This document shows positions 10,230-20,114 of a stretch of DNA of 64,000 bases, piece by piece (position 1 is the stretch's first letter; each line of letters opens with the position of its first letter). Source of the DNA: an uncultured Verrucomicrobiae bacterium. Its GTDB lineage: Bacteria; Verrucomicrobiota; Verrucomicrobiia; Limisphaerales; Palsa-1400. A model generated the notes under the pieces. It was given only the letters and a program-made list of their open reading frames with translations, searched no databases and was not told the origin of the DNA. The stretch lies in assembly GCA_963764165.1 (NCBI GenBank), contig CAVXRD010000001.1, positions 1,056,001 to 1,120,000 on the forward strand, in the 5' to 3' direction. A program made the position numbers and the translations under genes.

Positions 10230-11999
10230 TCACTTCTTCAATTGCGCTGGAACAAATTCCTCCATGACCGCTTTGCGGAGAAGTTTCGGCGGGACCAGAC
10301 CTTGGGCGAGCACGAAATCATTGAACGCCATGCGATCGAATTTCCCCCGCAACGCCACTTGGGCGGCCTGGCGGGTTTCCATGATGCGCTGATAGCCGTA
10401 GAAATAAGAAGTCGCCTGGCCCGGTCCGCGAAAGATGTAACGCTGCATTTCCTGCGTCGACATTCCTTCGGACAAACCAACCTCTTCCATCAGGAACGAC
10501 TTGACCTCCTCGGGTGTGATTTGACCGAGGTTGACCATCGGATCAAGGAAGGCGCGGGCCGCGCGCTGCATGCGCGCTTGCAAGGCGAAAAGCTGGCCAT
10601 CGAGCGGTTCGTAAACTTGCATTTCGGCCTCCGCATACAGCGCCCATCCCTCGACGTTGACGCTGTTGAACGCAAAAATCGCCCGCGCCGTGGAAACGCC
10701 GGCTTCCATCATCTTCGCAAATTGAAGCTCGTGGCCGGGTCGCGCCTCATGCGCCGTCAAGGTCCAGGTCATGCCCGAATGCGAGAAATCATCGAACATC
10801 AACGCCTTTCCGGTCGGATCCGGCGGCATGCCGGTGGTCAGGACGAATTCGCCATACTCGCCCGTGTTGCCAATCAGGCGGGGCGGATTCATGTGCGGCG
10901 CCGGCTGCTGGGCATTCTCGGCCTCGGAAGCCAGGCGGATCACCGCTTTTCGATCCGGCAGGGTAACGACACGGTTGACTCGAATCGCCTCTTCAATTTT
11001 CCCAAGCCGTTCGCGGTAAAGCGCCATCACCTCGTCCTTGGGAATCTGCTGTTTCTTCAACTCTTTAATAACCGCGAGATAGCCGGGGTCGGGCAGTCCG
11101 CGTTCTTTCGCAATCAATCCAGCCGTGATATTCATCTGGTTCCGAATTTCCGCGAATGAGGTCAGAGCCTTCGAAATCAGCTCCTCGGGGGAAATATCAA
11201 CGCCGAATTGATGCAGATTATCGGCATAGACTTCCGGTGGCAGCCGGTGGTCGGTTCGCGCGCGCGGAAGGATTTCCGTTTTCACCCACGCGTTGTAATT
11301 TGTGAGCTGCTGTTCCAGCGCGCCATAGGATTTCTCCCAGCCTTTGACTTCGCTCTTGGCCAGCAACTCCTTGATGCCCTTGAGCAGCGTCGGCCCGTCG
11401 TTCAATGCTTGCTCCACTTCGCCCTTGAACGGGGCAATCAGGCCAGGATTGGATTTAATGCGCTCCATGGTGCGGTCTTTGGCCAGGTCGGCAATTGGAT
11501 GGAAGCCGTTGGTCAAGCCCGCGTATTTTTCCAGCCGCGCCACCAGTAGCTGCTGGCGATCCTTCGGAATGCGCGGGTCGAGCGTTTGCTGCGCGACGTT
11601 GTAAATCATCGAAATGACGTTCACGAACGGAATGAAATATTTCCGGTCCAACGCGCGGGAGCGAAGGTCGTCCTGGGCGGCGGTGATCAGAATTTCCATA
11701 TCTTGTTTCACCCTCGGATCGGTTTCGACGGCCAACCGCTTTTGCAGTTCCACAATGGCCGCCTCCGCGTCCGCCTTTTGAAATTCAAACTGGTCGCGTG
11801 ATAGGTCCGTGATCTGGTCGTCAAAGCCATCGACGCCGAGCTGGCTGGCGCCTTCGGGAGCGTATTTGGCCATAATCTGGAGCAACATTTGGGCGTTCGT
11901 GTTGCTCAGTGAAACCCAGGCGGGTTCGGCCCCTGCTGCGGAAGATAGAAACGAGCACAGCCAGACGGCCCACAGCCCTGCAATGGTTTTGCATTTCAT
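10230..11999 (-). CDS. DUF885 family exported metallopeptidase-like protein
   Basis: HEARPGHELQ, EGWALYAE, PGQATSY motifs; signal peptide after MKCK. Confidence 0.9.
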   Translation of the reverse strand: MKCKTIAGLWAVWLCSFLSSAAGAEPAWVSLSNTNAQMLLQIMAKYAPEGASQLGVDGFDDQITDLSRDQFEFQKADAEAAIVELQKRLAVETDPRVKQDMEILITAAQDDLRSRALDRKYFIPFVNVISMIYNVAQQTLDPRIPKDRQQLLVARLEKYAGLTNGFHPIADLAKDRTMERIKSNPGLIAPFKGEVEQALNDGPTLLKGIKELLAKSEVKGWEKSYGALEQQLTNYNAWVKTEILPRARTDHRLPPEVYADNLHQFGVDISPEELISKALTSFAEIRNQMNITAGLIAKERGLPDPGYLAVIKELKKQQIPKDEVMALYRERLGKIEEAIRVNRVVTLPDRKAVIRLASEAENAQQPAPHMNPPRLIGNTGEYGEFVLTTGMPPDPTGKALMFDDFSHSGMTWTLTAHEARPGHELQFAKMMEAGVSTARAIFAFNSVNVEGWALYAEAEMQVYEPLDGQLFALQARMQRAARAFLDPMVNLGQITPEEVKSFLMEEVGLSEGMSTQEMQRYIFRGPGQATSYFYGYQRIMETRQAAQVALRGKFDRMAFNDFVLAQGLVPPKLLRKAVMEEFVPAQLKK

Positions 12000-12117
12000 G
12001 GGCGAATACTGCCCATAAGCCCGCCCATGCAAAAGAAAAATTGAGAGCTGCGATGACGTCGCCAAAATGCGATTGCAAATCAACGCCGGTCAGCGGATAA
12101 ACTCATCACAGAGAACA

Positions 12118-12606
12118 ATGAGCAGCTTTGAGAGCGTCACAATTAGGGAAGTCGAGCCTTCCGATCTTGAAATTTTCTATGAGCATCAACTCGACCCGGA
12201 AGCGATTAGGATGGCCGCATTCGTCTCTAAAGACCGAAAGAACAAGGCAGCTTTCGACGCCCATTGGGATAAAATTTTGAATTTGCCGCGAGTCACAAAC
12301 CGGACGATTGTCGCCGAGGGGCAAGTCGCTGGCTACATAGCGTGCTATCCGCATGGAGAAAACATGGAAGTCACCTATTGGCTTGGACGCGAGTTCTGGG
12401 GAAAAGGATTAGCGACTCTAGCGCTCGCCCAAATGCTCCACCTTATTCCAGATCGGCCGATAACCGCCCGGGCAGCGACCGACAACATCGGGTCGATAAG
12501 AGTTCTGCAGAAATGCGGTTTTAAAATAATCGGCACGGACACCGGTTTCGCCGATGGCAGAGGCGAAGAGACGGAAGAATACCTGCTGCGCTTGGATCAC
12601 AGTTAA
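12118..12606 (+). CDS. GNAT (RimJ/RimL-like) acetyltransferase
   Basis: YWLGREFWGKGLAT and NIGSIRVLQKCGF. Confidence 0.9.
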   Translation: MSSFESVTIREVEPSDLEIFYEHQLDPEAIRMAAFVSKDRKNKAAFDAHWDKILNLPRVTNRTIVAEGQVAGYIACYPHGENMEVTYWLGREFWGKGLATLALAQMLHLIPDRPITARAATDNIGSIRVLQKCGFKIIGTDTGFADGRGEETEEYLLRLDHS

Positions 12607-12668
12607 AGATACTTCGGGATCCATTGGCCAATGGCATAGCGTAGGAAATCACGCAGAATGGCGGGCCT

Positions 12669-13312
12669 GTGCGTTGCTTGGCGACACTGCGAACGGAAGC
12701 GGGACGCTTCCGCCACTTCTTGGCGCTGGCGTCGTTTCTGGGATTGGCAACACTCGATTCAAATGTTCCCACCCTTGTCGTGCCAAACGGGCTTGAAGCG
12801 CGGGAGGGCACCGGCTCCTCCGGCATTTTAAACCAGGCCGGCCGCGGGCAAACCGTGTGTATGCCTCGACTAATTATCCCAGCCGACGAATTGGCCGAAC
12901 GCGCAGCAACTCGTGATAGATGCTGTTTTTGAATCCCTCATGCCGCTTTATTGCGCACTGCCGGAAAATTCAGGAGTCGGGTGCGTGACAACCAATGTTC
13001 AATGGAACATTGATGCTTATGACACCAATGGAAATCCGAAAATCTCCGGCTGCGCCGCCAGCGGCTGCCAGGATCATTCCTGTGGTGAAACCAAACCCGG
13101 AATGACACCGCCCCCCTTTGACGATTACGCCTTCAACCACCAACGTCGGCCTTTCCTGGCCCAGCGATGCTTCGGGTTTCATTCTGGAGGCCAGTTCTAA
13201 TTTGGCGAATTGGTACGCCATTACGCCTCCGGCCACCACGAACGGAGGCCAGATATCCGTCCAAATACCAGCGTCCGCCGAGCGTCCTTTTTACCGGCTT
13301 CACCACAACTAG
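12669..13312 (+). pseudogene. Fragmented secreted-protein gene retaining a C-terminal tail domain
   Basis: Three short ORFs in different frames; the last reads LSWPSDASGFILEASSNLANW...FYRLHHN, similar to the tail of the 6922-10182 protein. Confidence 0.5.
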
Positions 13313-13388
13313 TCGCCGCGCGGTCAGACAATTCCCCGACCCCTCTTTACAAGAGCACGCCTGAAAAAAGCGGTGTATCGTGAGTCAT

Positions 13389-13568
13389 ATGAAAGAAAGC
13401 ACAAAAGATCAGGCGGCTGGCAAAGCCCACGAAATCAAAGGCGGCTTCAAAAAAGAAGTCGGCAAAGCGATGAATCGCCCCGACATCGCCAACGAAGGCG
13501 CTGACGAACAAGCAGCCGGCAAAGTCCGCCGCAAGGTGGGCGAGGTCGAAAAAGTTTTCGGCCAATAG
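13389..13568 (+). CDS. CsbD family stress protein
   Basis: STKDQAAGKAHEIKG...GKVRRKVGEVEKVFG. Confidence 0.88.
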   Translation: MKESTKDQAAGKAHEIKGGFKKEVGKAMNRPDIANEGADEQAAGKVRRKVGEVEKVFGQ

Positions 13569-13724
13569 CCGAGCTACGCGGATCCTGAGTTGGTCGCATC
13601 CCATCTCAGGAGTCAGCTGTTGGATGATCGAAGACTTGCATGGCGCAGGCAGAAGCGTAGCGGGTGGATAATGCCAACCGCGAAATCAGCGGAGCGGAGA
13701 AAGAGACCGATCCGCGGCGCCTGC

Positions 13725-13947
13725 ATGGATAGCGATTCTCGCGAACGAAGCTTTGAAGCTCCCTCCAATGGAGCGGGCGCAGATTATTGACGCGTTGTGG
13801 AGGAGCCTTGACCCTGTCGAACAGAATGCCATTGACAAGGCTTGGCTGCTCGAATCACAAAATCGTCTCGCTGCCTTTCGCGCGGGGCAAGTTACGGCCG
13901 TCGAAGGCGAAGAGGCGTTACGGGACATGGAAGACGAATTAAGCTAA
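13725..13947 (+). pseudogene. Addiction-module antitoxin component with a 1-nt insertion after the second codon
   Basis: LKLPPMERAQIIDALWRSLD...AWLLESQNRL; removing one A from ATGGATAGCG gives MDAILANEALKL. Confidence 0.7.
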
Positions 13948-14025
13948 TAGAAGGTCCGGCTTTTGCGGCCGGCGTGGCAGGAATTGCGGGAAGCCATGAA
14001 GTATTACGAAGACAGTGTTCCGGGC
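13947..14025 (+). pseudogene. Truncated RelE/ParE toxin
   Basis: KVRLLRPAWQELREAMKYYEDSVPG follows ATAG (damaged ATG); similarity stops where REP-like repeats begin. Confidence 0.65.
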
Positions 14026-14039
14026 TGCTATCCAAGCCA

Positions 14040-14245
14040 AACTCTGCGTCCTCCGCGCCTCTGCGCGCGATGGCGTTGAATGGCGCGATGAAACCAAATG
14101 CCAGAGGGAAAAAGCTTTCGCGCAGAGAAGAAGAGGGCGCAGAGAACACAGATACAAATCCGCGCTCCGCTGAAAAACAGCCCGGACTCACATTCTTTTG
14201 GTTGCGGCTCTGCCGCGCTGTGCCTTCGCGTCTTTGCGTTGAATT
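14040..14245. repeat. REP-like short repeat cluster (CTCTGCG / CGCAGAG units)
   Basis: ctctgcgtcctccgcgcctctgcg, cgcagagaagaagagggcgcagag, ctgtgccttcgcgtctttgcg. Confidence 0.55.
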
Positions 14246-14349
14246 CCTGCTTCCTTGTTATGGTGAGTCGGTGGGTGGATGATTCAACAAATACGCAGTG
14301 AAGCGCTAAGTGTGGAATCCGCCTTCGTCAAGACTGCGGCGCGGCAAGA

Positions 14350-14426
14350 TGGTCGGAGCGACAGGATTTGAACCTGCGACGTCTTGGTCCCAAACCAAGT
14401 GCTCTACCAGGCTGAGCTACGCTCCG
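14350..14426 (-). tRNA. tRNA-Pro(TGG), CCA encoded; island attachment site
   Basis: CGGAGCGTAGCTCAGCCTGGTAGAGCACTTGGTTTGGGACCAAGACGTCGCAGGTTCAAATCCTGTCGCTCCGACCA folds as a cloverleaf with TGG anticodon. Confidence 0.97.
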
Positions 14427-14477
14427 ATTTGTTGATGTTCAAGCACTTGCACAACATTTCGCGGGTGCCACAAAGTA

Positions 14478-14502
14478 ACTTGTAACCCGCACTTGTCACC
14501 CG
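14478..14502 (+). promoter_or_regulatory. Tandem ACTTGT(A/C)ACCCG repeats (probable integrase arm sites) overlapping a putative integrase -35
   Basis: Same tandem motif at the far end (47075-47098); TTGTCA-N16-TATGTT with extended TG, ATG 5 nt downstream. Confidence 0.7.
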
Positions 14503-14525
14503 GCAATTTTCTGCTATGTTGTTGT

Positions 14526-16016
14526 ATGAATGCAACAACGCATGAGAATGCCCAGACGAATGGGCATCCTGTCTTCCACAATGTGGGCGAAAATCTGTAC
14601 CGGCTCGAATCATCGGGAGGATACTACGCACTAATTAAGAAGGGGGGCAAGCAGTTTCGCCGCTCGCTCAAAACAAAGGACCGAAAGCTGGCGGAACGGA
14701 AGTTGAAGGAACTCAAAGAAAAAATGGGTGTGTTGCGCGTGACACAAGACCCGCACGGTGATTTCAATAGCATGGCCCATCGTTGGCTTGACTCACGTAT
14801 GCACAGGCTGGCGGAAAGCACGGCGGAGTGGTACGGATACCTCATCAAGAACCTCGCCGAGTTTTTTGGGGCGACTTCGATTCGGAACATCACCGCTGAC
14901 GATTGCGAGGGGTGGGCCAAAGCGCGAAGGGGCACCGCCGGCACCAAAGCCTTCGTCAGCGAACTCGACACAATGAACGCCGTTTTCCAATACGCCATTC
15001 GCCACGGGATCATTCTTACGAATCCCGCAGCCCACATTGAACGCCCCACGGTTCGCCAGCCAAAAATACAAGTTCCAAGTTTGGGCGAATTCCAAAAAAT
15101 CGTCGCAACGATTCGTCAGGCTGATGATCGCAAGGACAGCCAGAAGAAAACAAAAGCTGGCGCCGACCTCATTGAGATTCTCGCCTATTCCGGCGCTCGC
15201 GTCGCTGAAATCACCGGTGGAAGGAAAAAGAAAAATCCCTTAATTTGGTCGCATGTGAATTTTGAAAACAACACAGTTTATCTTCCGGGAACCAAGACAG
15301 AATCAAGCCCTCGCTGGATTCCGATGCCCCACGAACTGCGGGCGTTTTTGGAGAAATTGAAAGCGGAACAAAACCCTGAGCCGAGTGCCGCGCTCATCCC
15401 TATTTCCAGCGCGCGAAAGTGCTTGGAAACTGCCTGCCGCAAACTCGGTTTCCCTCAATACACGCACCACGACTTCAGGCACTTCTTTGCGACGACCTGT
15501 ATCGAATCCGGCGTGGACATTCCGACCATCAGCCGTTGGCTCGGACATTGTGACGGTGGCGCGTTGGCGATGAAACGATATGGGCATCTCCGCCAGGAAC
15601 ACAGCCTCGCCATGAGCAAACGCGTCAGCTTCGACAAACCTGCCAATGTTATCCCAATGCCGGAAACTGCGAACAAACACGCCCAGGCGCAAACATCTGC
15701 AACTCCTGACGGAAGACGCGTCGTAGCCAAAGCCAAAGCGAAATATGGCTATGCTTGGTGGGTGTCACAGAATCCGCTTGAAGTGTTTTGGGGGCAAATC
15801 CATGAAGAAGTCTGGCTTGTGCCGCTTGAAAGATTGCTTGAGGCCGCGAAACAGGCAATGGGCCGTGAAGTGTTCCGTCAGGAAATCAATGACCGGGATG
15901 CCCTTATTGATGAATTCGTGGAAAGAGTCCCCGAATCGTCGCTCAACGAAGTTCTTGCTAAAATTTCTGCCCGTGACGAAAGCGGCCACGGAAAGGACCG
16001 CGAAGCAACCAAATGA
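14526..16016 (+). CDS. Tyrosine integrase with C-terminal extension
   Basis: YSGARVAE, HHDFRH, LGH, KRYGH catalytic residues; N-terminal RRSLKTKD arm-binding domain. Confidence 0.95.
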   Translation: MNATTHENAQTNGHPVFHNVGENLYRLESSGGYYALIKKGGKQFRRSLKTKDRKLAERKLKELKEKMGVLRVTQDPHGDFNSMAHRWLDSRMHRLAESTAEWYGYLIKNLAEFFGATSIRNITADDCEGWAKARRGTAGTKAFVSELDTMNAVFQYAIRHGIILTNPAAHIERPTVRQPKIQVPSLGEFQKIVATIRQADDRKDSQKKTKAGADLIEILAYSGARVAEITGGRKKKNPLIWSHVNFENNTVYLPGTKTESSPRWIPMPHELRAFLEKLKAEQNPEPSAALIPISSARKCLETACRKLGFPQYTHHDFRHFFATTCIESGVDIPTISRWLGHCDGGALAMKRYGHLRQEHSLAMSKRVSFDKPANVIPMPETANKHAQAQTSATPDGRRVVAKAKAKYGYAWWVSQNPLEVFWGQIHEEVWLVPLERLLEAAKQAMGREVFRQEINDRDALIDEFVERVPESSLNEVLAKISARDESGHGKDREATK

Positions 16017-16038
16017 TTTATCCGCATTGGCCGAACGG

Positions 16039-16287
16039 CTATGATGTCTCGCGCAAGAATCGGTCGAGATCATCTCTGGAATAGATTGGGTGGCGTAGTG
16101 CGCGGGAAGGATGGAGGAGGCCCCGCTTTGCCAATCGGTCAATCGTCACTGGGTTCACCCCCAAATACGTCGCGGCCTCGGCACGTTTGAATCCCTTTTT
16201 CTCGACAGAAACATTCGTTTCCGCGCCGTTGGTCTGACAATGGTGGGGGGCCTGTGGTTTAGTCAACTGTTCGTTTTGTTTGAGCAT
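16039..16287 (-). CDS. Excisionase-like HTH protein
   Basis: KRAEAATYLGVNPVTIDRL...YSRDDLDRFL. Confidence 0.8.
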   Translation of the reverse strand: MLKQNEQLTKPQAPHHCQTNGAETNVSVEKKGFKRAEAATYLGVNPVTIDRLAKRGLLHPSRALRHPIYSRDDLDRFLRETS

Positions 16288-16640
16288 AAATCCTCCGATT
16301 TTTCAATCTCGATTGACTGAATCATGCCCTGCACGCCTTCCCACGCATCACCGTATTTTTCCGGCACCGGCATGACCCACTCGACGGCGCGTTCCTGAAA
16401 GCCAATGGCCAGAGAGCGCAGATTCCGGCCTGCAATCTTCACCTTATGATTGACGAACGAGAGCGCAATCGTGTCGCTTTCGTGGGCCGAGTCGAACTTG
16501 GCGACTTCCAAGTGGTGGTAAGGCAGCAGATAAAAACAAGTGGGCGTTACTTCCAACCGCAGGTTGTCCAGGGGGACGTGGTTGCCCATCACTTGACGGC
16601 TTAGGTGGTAACACTCTGGGCGTTCTTTGAATTCTCTCAT
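16263..16640 (-). CDS. Hypothetical protein translationally coupled to the relaxase
   Basis: ATGA overlap with the relaxase stop; LLPYHHL...KIAGRNLRSL. Confidence 0.7.
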   Translation of the reverse strand: MREFKERPECYHLSRQVMGNHVPLDNLRLEVTPTCFYLLPYHHLEVAKFDSAHESDTIALSFVNHKVKIAGRNLRSLAIGFQERAVEWVMPVPEKYGDAWEGVQGMIQSIEIEKSEDLCSNKTNS

Positions 16641-19561
16641 ACTCCAATGCCTCCTCCATATCTTTGTTTGTGCTGATGACTGTGGGTGATTTTCCGCGCC
16701 GTCCGAATCGCTGGCGATTGCCGCACCAACTCCGATTGTTTCTGTGTTTCCGATTGCTGCGCCACCTCGAACACTTTAGCGGCTTCCGCCTGCCCAAATA
16801 ATTCAGCCCGGCGCTGCGCGGTTTGACGTTGTGAATGCTGGACGCTGAGGACGTAGCCAATATCACGGCCCCAAGCTTTCGCCAGCGCATGGATGGCGGA
16901 TTCTTTGACAATGTCCAAGGCCAATTCGCGGCCCCCGGAACGGACGACGTTTTGCCGAAGCTGGATTTTATCGGCGGTGAAAATCTGGACGCCCTTCCGT
17001 CCCCGCGAAATGGTCACATACCATTGCTGGTCGTTGGTTGCGGCCTGCACAGCGGAATCGGAGAACAGGACATAATCCACGGTTTTGCCCTGGGCGGCGT
17101 AGGACGTGACCGCGTAGCCGCGCACGAACTGGCGGTAGTACTTGCCCAACGTCCGGCCATCCGCCAGGGCGATGCGTCCATCCGGGTGAACGTGGTTGAC
17201 CGTGACCAGTTCGCCATTGACCACCTTGCTCCCGTCCGTGGCGTTGCCATTGGCCTTCAATTGCAGCCGGTCGCCGCTGGCCAAGGGCAATTCCTTGGGC
17301 TGGCAAACCGTGAGCCGGTCGAGGTCTTTGAAGGGAACCGGGCGTATGCGCTGGTTGGCCTCAATCAGCAGATGTTTGTCGGTGACGGCGAGCAAGCGGC
17401 CAGTGTCGCCGGGCTTGTAGCCACTGACGGGCCGGTTAAAGACCACTACGGAATCAGGAGCGTAAGATCGCGCATCCCGTTTTTGGGCATCCGTCAAATC
17501 CAGCCGTTCCAGCGCGGTCACGGTGATTTCCTCCTGACCGACCAGTCCTTGAGCTTTCAATCCGTGCCGCACCTGTTCATTGACCTTGTGGATCTCCGAC
17601 CAGCTTTGCGAAACGACCACAGTAGAGTGGCTTGCCTTCACCAGTTCCAAAAAGCGTTCTGCGAGCTTTTGCTGCTGGTTGGCAATGGTGCAGGCGACGA
17701 TGGCGTCCTGCTGGTCCAGGCGGTCAAAGGATTGAGCCAGCTTCCCGGCCTGCGCTTCGCCGACCGCCAGCCGGTATTGTTCCAGCCACTTCCGTTCCGC
17801 CTGAGTTTTCGCCTCGTCGGGATTCTGACGGCGAATGCTGGTCAATTCGGCATATTCCAACCCGGAGTATTTTTCGATTGCCCGGAGTGCGTCGGTAGCT
17901 TCCACGGCCCCGTGCTGGTGCGTGTCGCCGGAGAGAATCACCCGGCCCTCGTTTTCCCTCACCAGCCGGAGCAGTTCCAGCATTTGCTTGCCGCCGATCT
18001 GCCCGGCCTCGTCCACCATGACCACCGCGCCGCGAGGCAGCGAACCACGAGCCAGAAATGCGCTGAGTGTCCGTGCGCCGATGAACCCGTCCCGCTCCAA
18101 ATCCATCACTTGCTGGCGTTGTGGGGCGAGGACTTGGACTGTCTGGCCACTTCGCTTGAGCGCCAAATCAACCTCCCGGAGCGTGTAACTTTTGCCCGTG
18201 CCAGCCCCGCCGCGAAACAGGGTGACAAAATCCCGCGAGGTCAGGATGTGATTGACCGCCTGACGCTGCTCTTTGTCCAGGGCGGTGTTAAGCACGGGCG
18301 GACGAGCGCAAAGCGGCCTGTAACTGCGGATGCCATCTCGCGCCAAACAGACAATTTCCCATTCCCGGCCCAAGACCTCCCGCGTTGTCACCCTGCCAGG
18401 GGAAACTTCGTCCCGCACGTAGCCACGATCTTTTGTGACCGCCTGAATGTCAGCCAATGACACATCCCGCCCGCGAGCATGTTCGAGTGCATGACGCCAA
18501 AGTTCCTGCTCGCGGACGACGGAACGGCGGTCAAACAAGTGATCTTCCGCCCACGTCACGGTTTCGGCGGCGGTCATTTTTGGGGCATCAGGTTGCAATG
18601 GTGAGTTTCGATCAAGCCGGGTCAACTGAATGCGTTCGTCGGACGAAAGCTGCCCATTCCACAACGATTGCAGCCGGGCAATTCCCACGTCCTTGATCTT
18701 TCGCGCCCGTTCCTTGTGGGCGATATGATCCCGGATGGCGTTGATGTTGCGACCGGCCTTCTCCGGTTCTCTGGCCAGCAATTCCCGCGTTTTCCGGTCA
18801 ATCTCCTGATGCCGCTTGGAAAACCGCCCAATCAACTCCTGGGAGACGCCCCGAATTTCAAAATCCCCGCGCGGATTGTTCTCAATGCCGTAACCAAAAC
18901 GCACCAGCGCCTTGGTCAGTTCATCGTAATAGACCTGAATCGTGAATTTTTTGGCCATCAGCATTTCGCAAGTTTCCAATGCCTTCCAACGGTTCTCGAC
19001 TGAATCCCTCGTGGCATTGAACAGAATGCAATGGGTGTGCAAATGCGGGTCCAACTCTCTTGACGTATCATGCCGGAAAACTGCGCCAACCAGATTGCCG
19101 GTCAGACGATATGATGTCTCCCCCTGCTTCCGAACTCGTGTGGCCGCGTACATTTCCAGTTGCCGCATAGCCACCTGCACAGCCTCATCATGCGCTTCCA
19201 GAATTCGCCGGTCATCTCCCACCAACGCCGCAATGGACACCGATTTGGGCGGCGAAAATGTGAAATCATAGAACACCCGGCGATTGGCAACCTCATGTAA
19301 ATTGCCGTCCTTCCCTGCTTCCATCCGTGTTCCATTATGCCGTTGAGTCAATCGTTCGTCCGTACTTGGATTAAGGTTCCGGCACAGTTTCAGGAACTCA
19401 TCCGTATGCGTCACTCCTGCAAGCCCCAATGATACCGCGCCCTGTCCAATCCATTGTCCCATCACCCGACGACCTTCCATATAATAGTCGCCGACCTGCA
19501 AATGCTCATTAAAGTATTCCTCCGCATTCGACAAACTGTATTGGGCCTTCGTCGCCAGCAT
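16637..19561 (-). CDS. MOBF (TrwC/TraI-like) relaxase-helicase
   Basis: N-terminal EYF...DYY tyrosines, DFTFSPPKSVS, HDTSRELDPHLHTH, GGAGTGKS, VDEAG, YAVTSYAAQGKT. Confidence 0.96.
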   Translation of the reverse strand: MLATKAQYSLSNAEEYFNEHLQVGDYYMEGRRVMGQWIGQGAVSLGLAGVTHTDEFLKLCRNLNPSTDERLTQRHNGTRMEAGKDGNLHEVANRRVFYDFTFSPPKSVSIAALVGDDRRILEAHDEAVQVAMRQLEMYAATRVRKQGETSYRLTGNLVGAVFRHDTSRELDPHLHTHCILFNATRDSVENRWKALETCEMLMAKKFTIQVYYDELTKALVRFGYGIENNPRGDFEIRGVSQELIGRFSKRHQEIDRKTRELLAREPEKAGRNINAIRDHIAHKERARKIKDVGIARLQSLWNGQLSSDERIQLTRLDRNSPLQPDAPKMTAAETVTWAEDHLFDRRSVVREQELWRHALEHARGRDVSLADIQAVTKDRGYVRDEVSPGRVTTREVLGREWEIVCLARDGIRSYRPLCARPPVLNTALDKEQRQAVNHILTSRDFVTLFRGGAGTGKSYTLREVDLALKRSGQTVQVLAPQRQQVMDLERDGFIGARTLSAFLARGSLPRGAVVMVDEAGQIGGKQMLELLRLVRENEGRVILSGDTHQHGAVEATDALRAIEKYSGLEYAELTSIRRQNPDEAKTQAERKWLEQYRLAVGEAQAGKLAQSFDRLDQQDAIVACTIANQQQKLAERFLELVKASHSTVVVSQSWSEIHKVNEQVRHGLKAQGLVGQEEITVTALERLDLTDAQKRDARSYAPDSVVVFNRPVSGYKPGDTGRLLAVTDKHLLIEANQRIRPVPFKDLDRLTVCQPKELPLASGDRLQLKANGNATDGSKVVNGELVTVNHVHPDGRIALADGRTLGKYYRQFVRGYAVTSYAAQGKTVDYVLFSDSAVQAATNDQQWYVTISRGRKGVQIFTADKIQLRQNVVRSGGRELALDIVKESAIHALAKAWGRDIGYVLSVQHSQRQTAQRRAELFGQAEAAKVFEVAQQSETQKQSELVRQSPAIRTARKITHSHQHKQRYGGGIGV

Positions 19562-19743
19562 GTCTCAAAACTATCATCGAGCGGGTAAAATTTTGCTCCC
19601 AGGTGTGCGCAAAAAATCTGGTCGGTGATGCTACCTATAATGTGAATTGGTTATGGGACGCTTGTCTCCTTGCTGGAGCAAGGGGGCGGATGGAAACCGT
19701 TTTCCGAAGCGATTTTCCAAACCAGTTCGGAAACAAGTTCCGA
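19562..19743. other. Probable oriT / divergent promoter region
   Basis: Intergenic gap upstream of the relaxase with short inverted repeats; nic site not identified. Confidence 0.4.
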
Positions 19744-20109
19744 ATGAACATTCCAAACGAGTCAGCGGCGGAATTGATCGCGCGTTTCAGCCCGAAGCGG
19801 CCCAAACGCTACGCCGGACTTCATCCGCACGCTGAGTTCATTCGGGAACTCCGGCGCAATCGCGCCTCGTACGACACCATCGTCGCCATTTTGCGCGAGC
19901 GGCACGGCCTTCAAGTCACCGACACCACCGTCCGGCATTTCTGCCGCGACATCTTGCAGGAGCGGACCGCCAGGCGGCGGGCAAAGACGGCTCAGACACC
20001 GGCAACTCCCATCCGCCAAGCGGCTCAAATCCTTTCGCTTCGACCTGCCCGAAACCCAAATGCGGACGGGCCGCAAATCGCCGAGGTGGAATTCATCAAA
20101 GAACCATAA
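19744..20109 (+). CDS. Small DNA-binding / mobilization accessory protein
   Basis: LHPHAEFIRELRRNRASYDTIVAIL HTH-like pattern; divergent from the relaxase. Confidence 0.65.
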   Translation: MNIPNESAAELIARFSPKRPKRYAGLHPHAEFIRELRRNRASYDTIVAILRERHGLQVTDTTVRHFCRDILQERTARRRAKTAQTPATPIRQAAQILSLRPARNPNADGPQIAEVEFIKEP

Positions 20110-20114
20110 ACGAT

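Noticed and set aside
14493..14525. Track start for the integrase (MSPGNFLLCCC)
   Set aside because: Overlaps the arm repeats and promoter; ATG at 14526 is more plausible
16835..18460. 541-aa plus-strand ORF
   Set aside because: Antisense shadow of the relaxase; no motifs; expected in high-GC coding DNA
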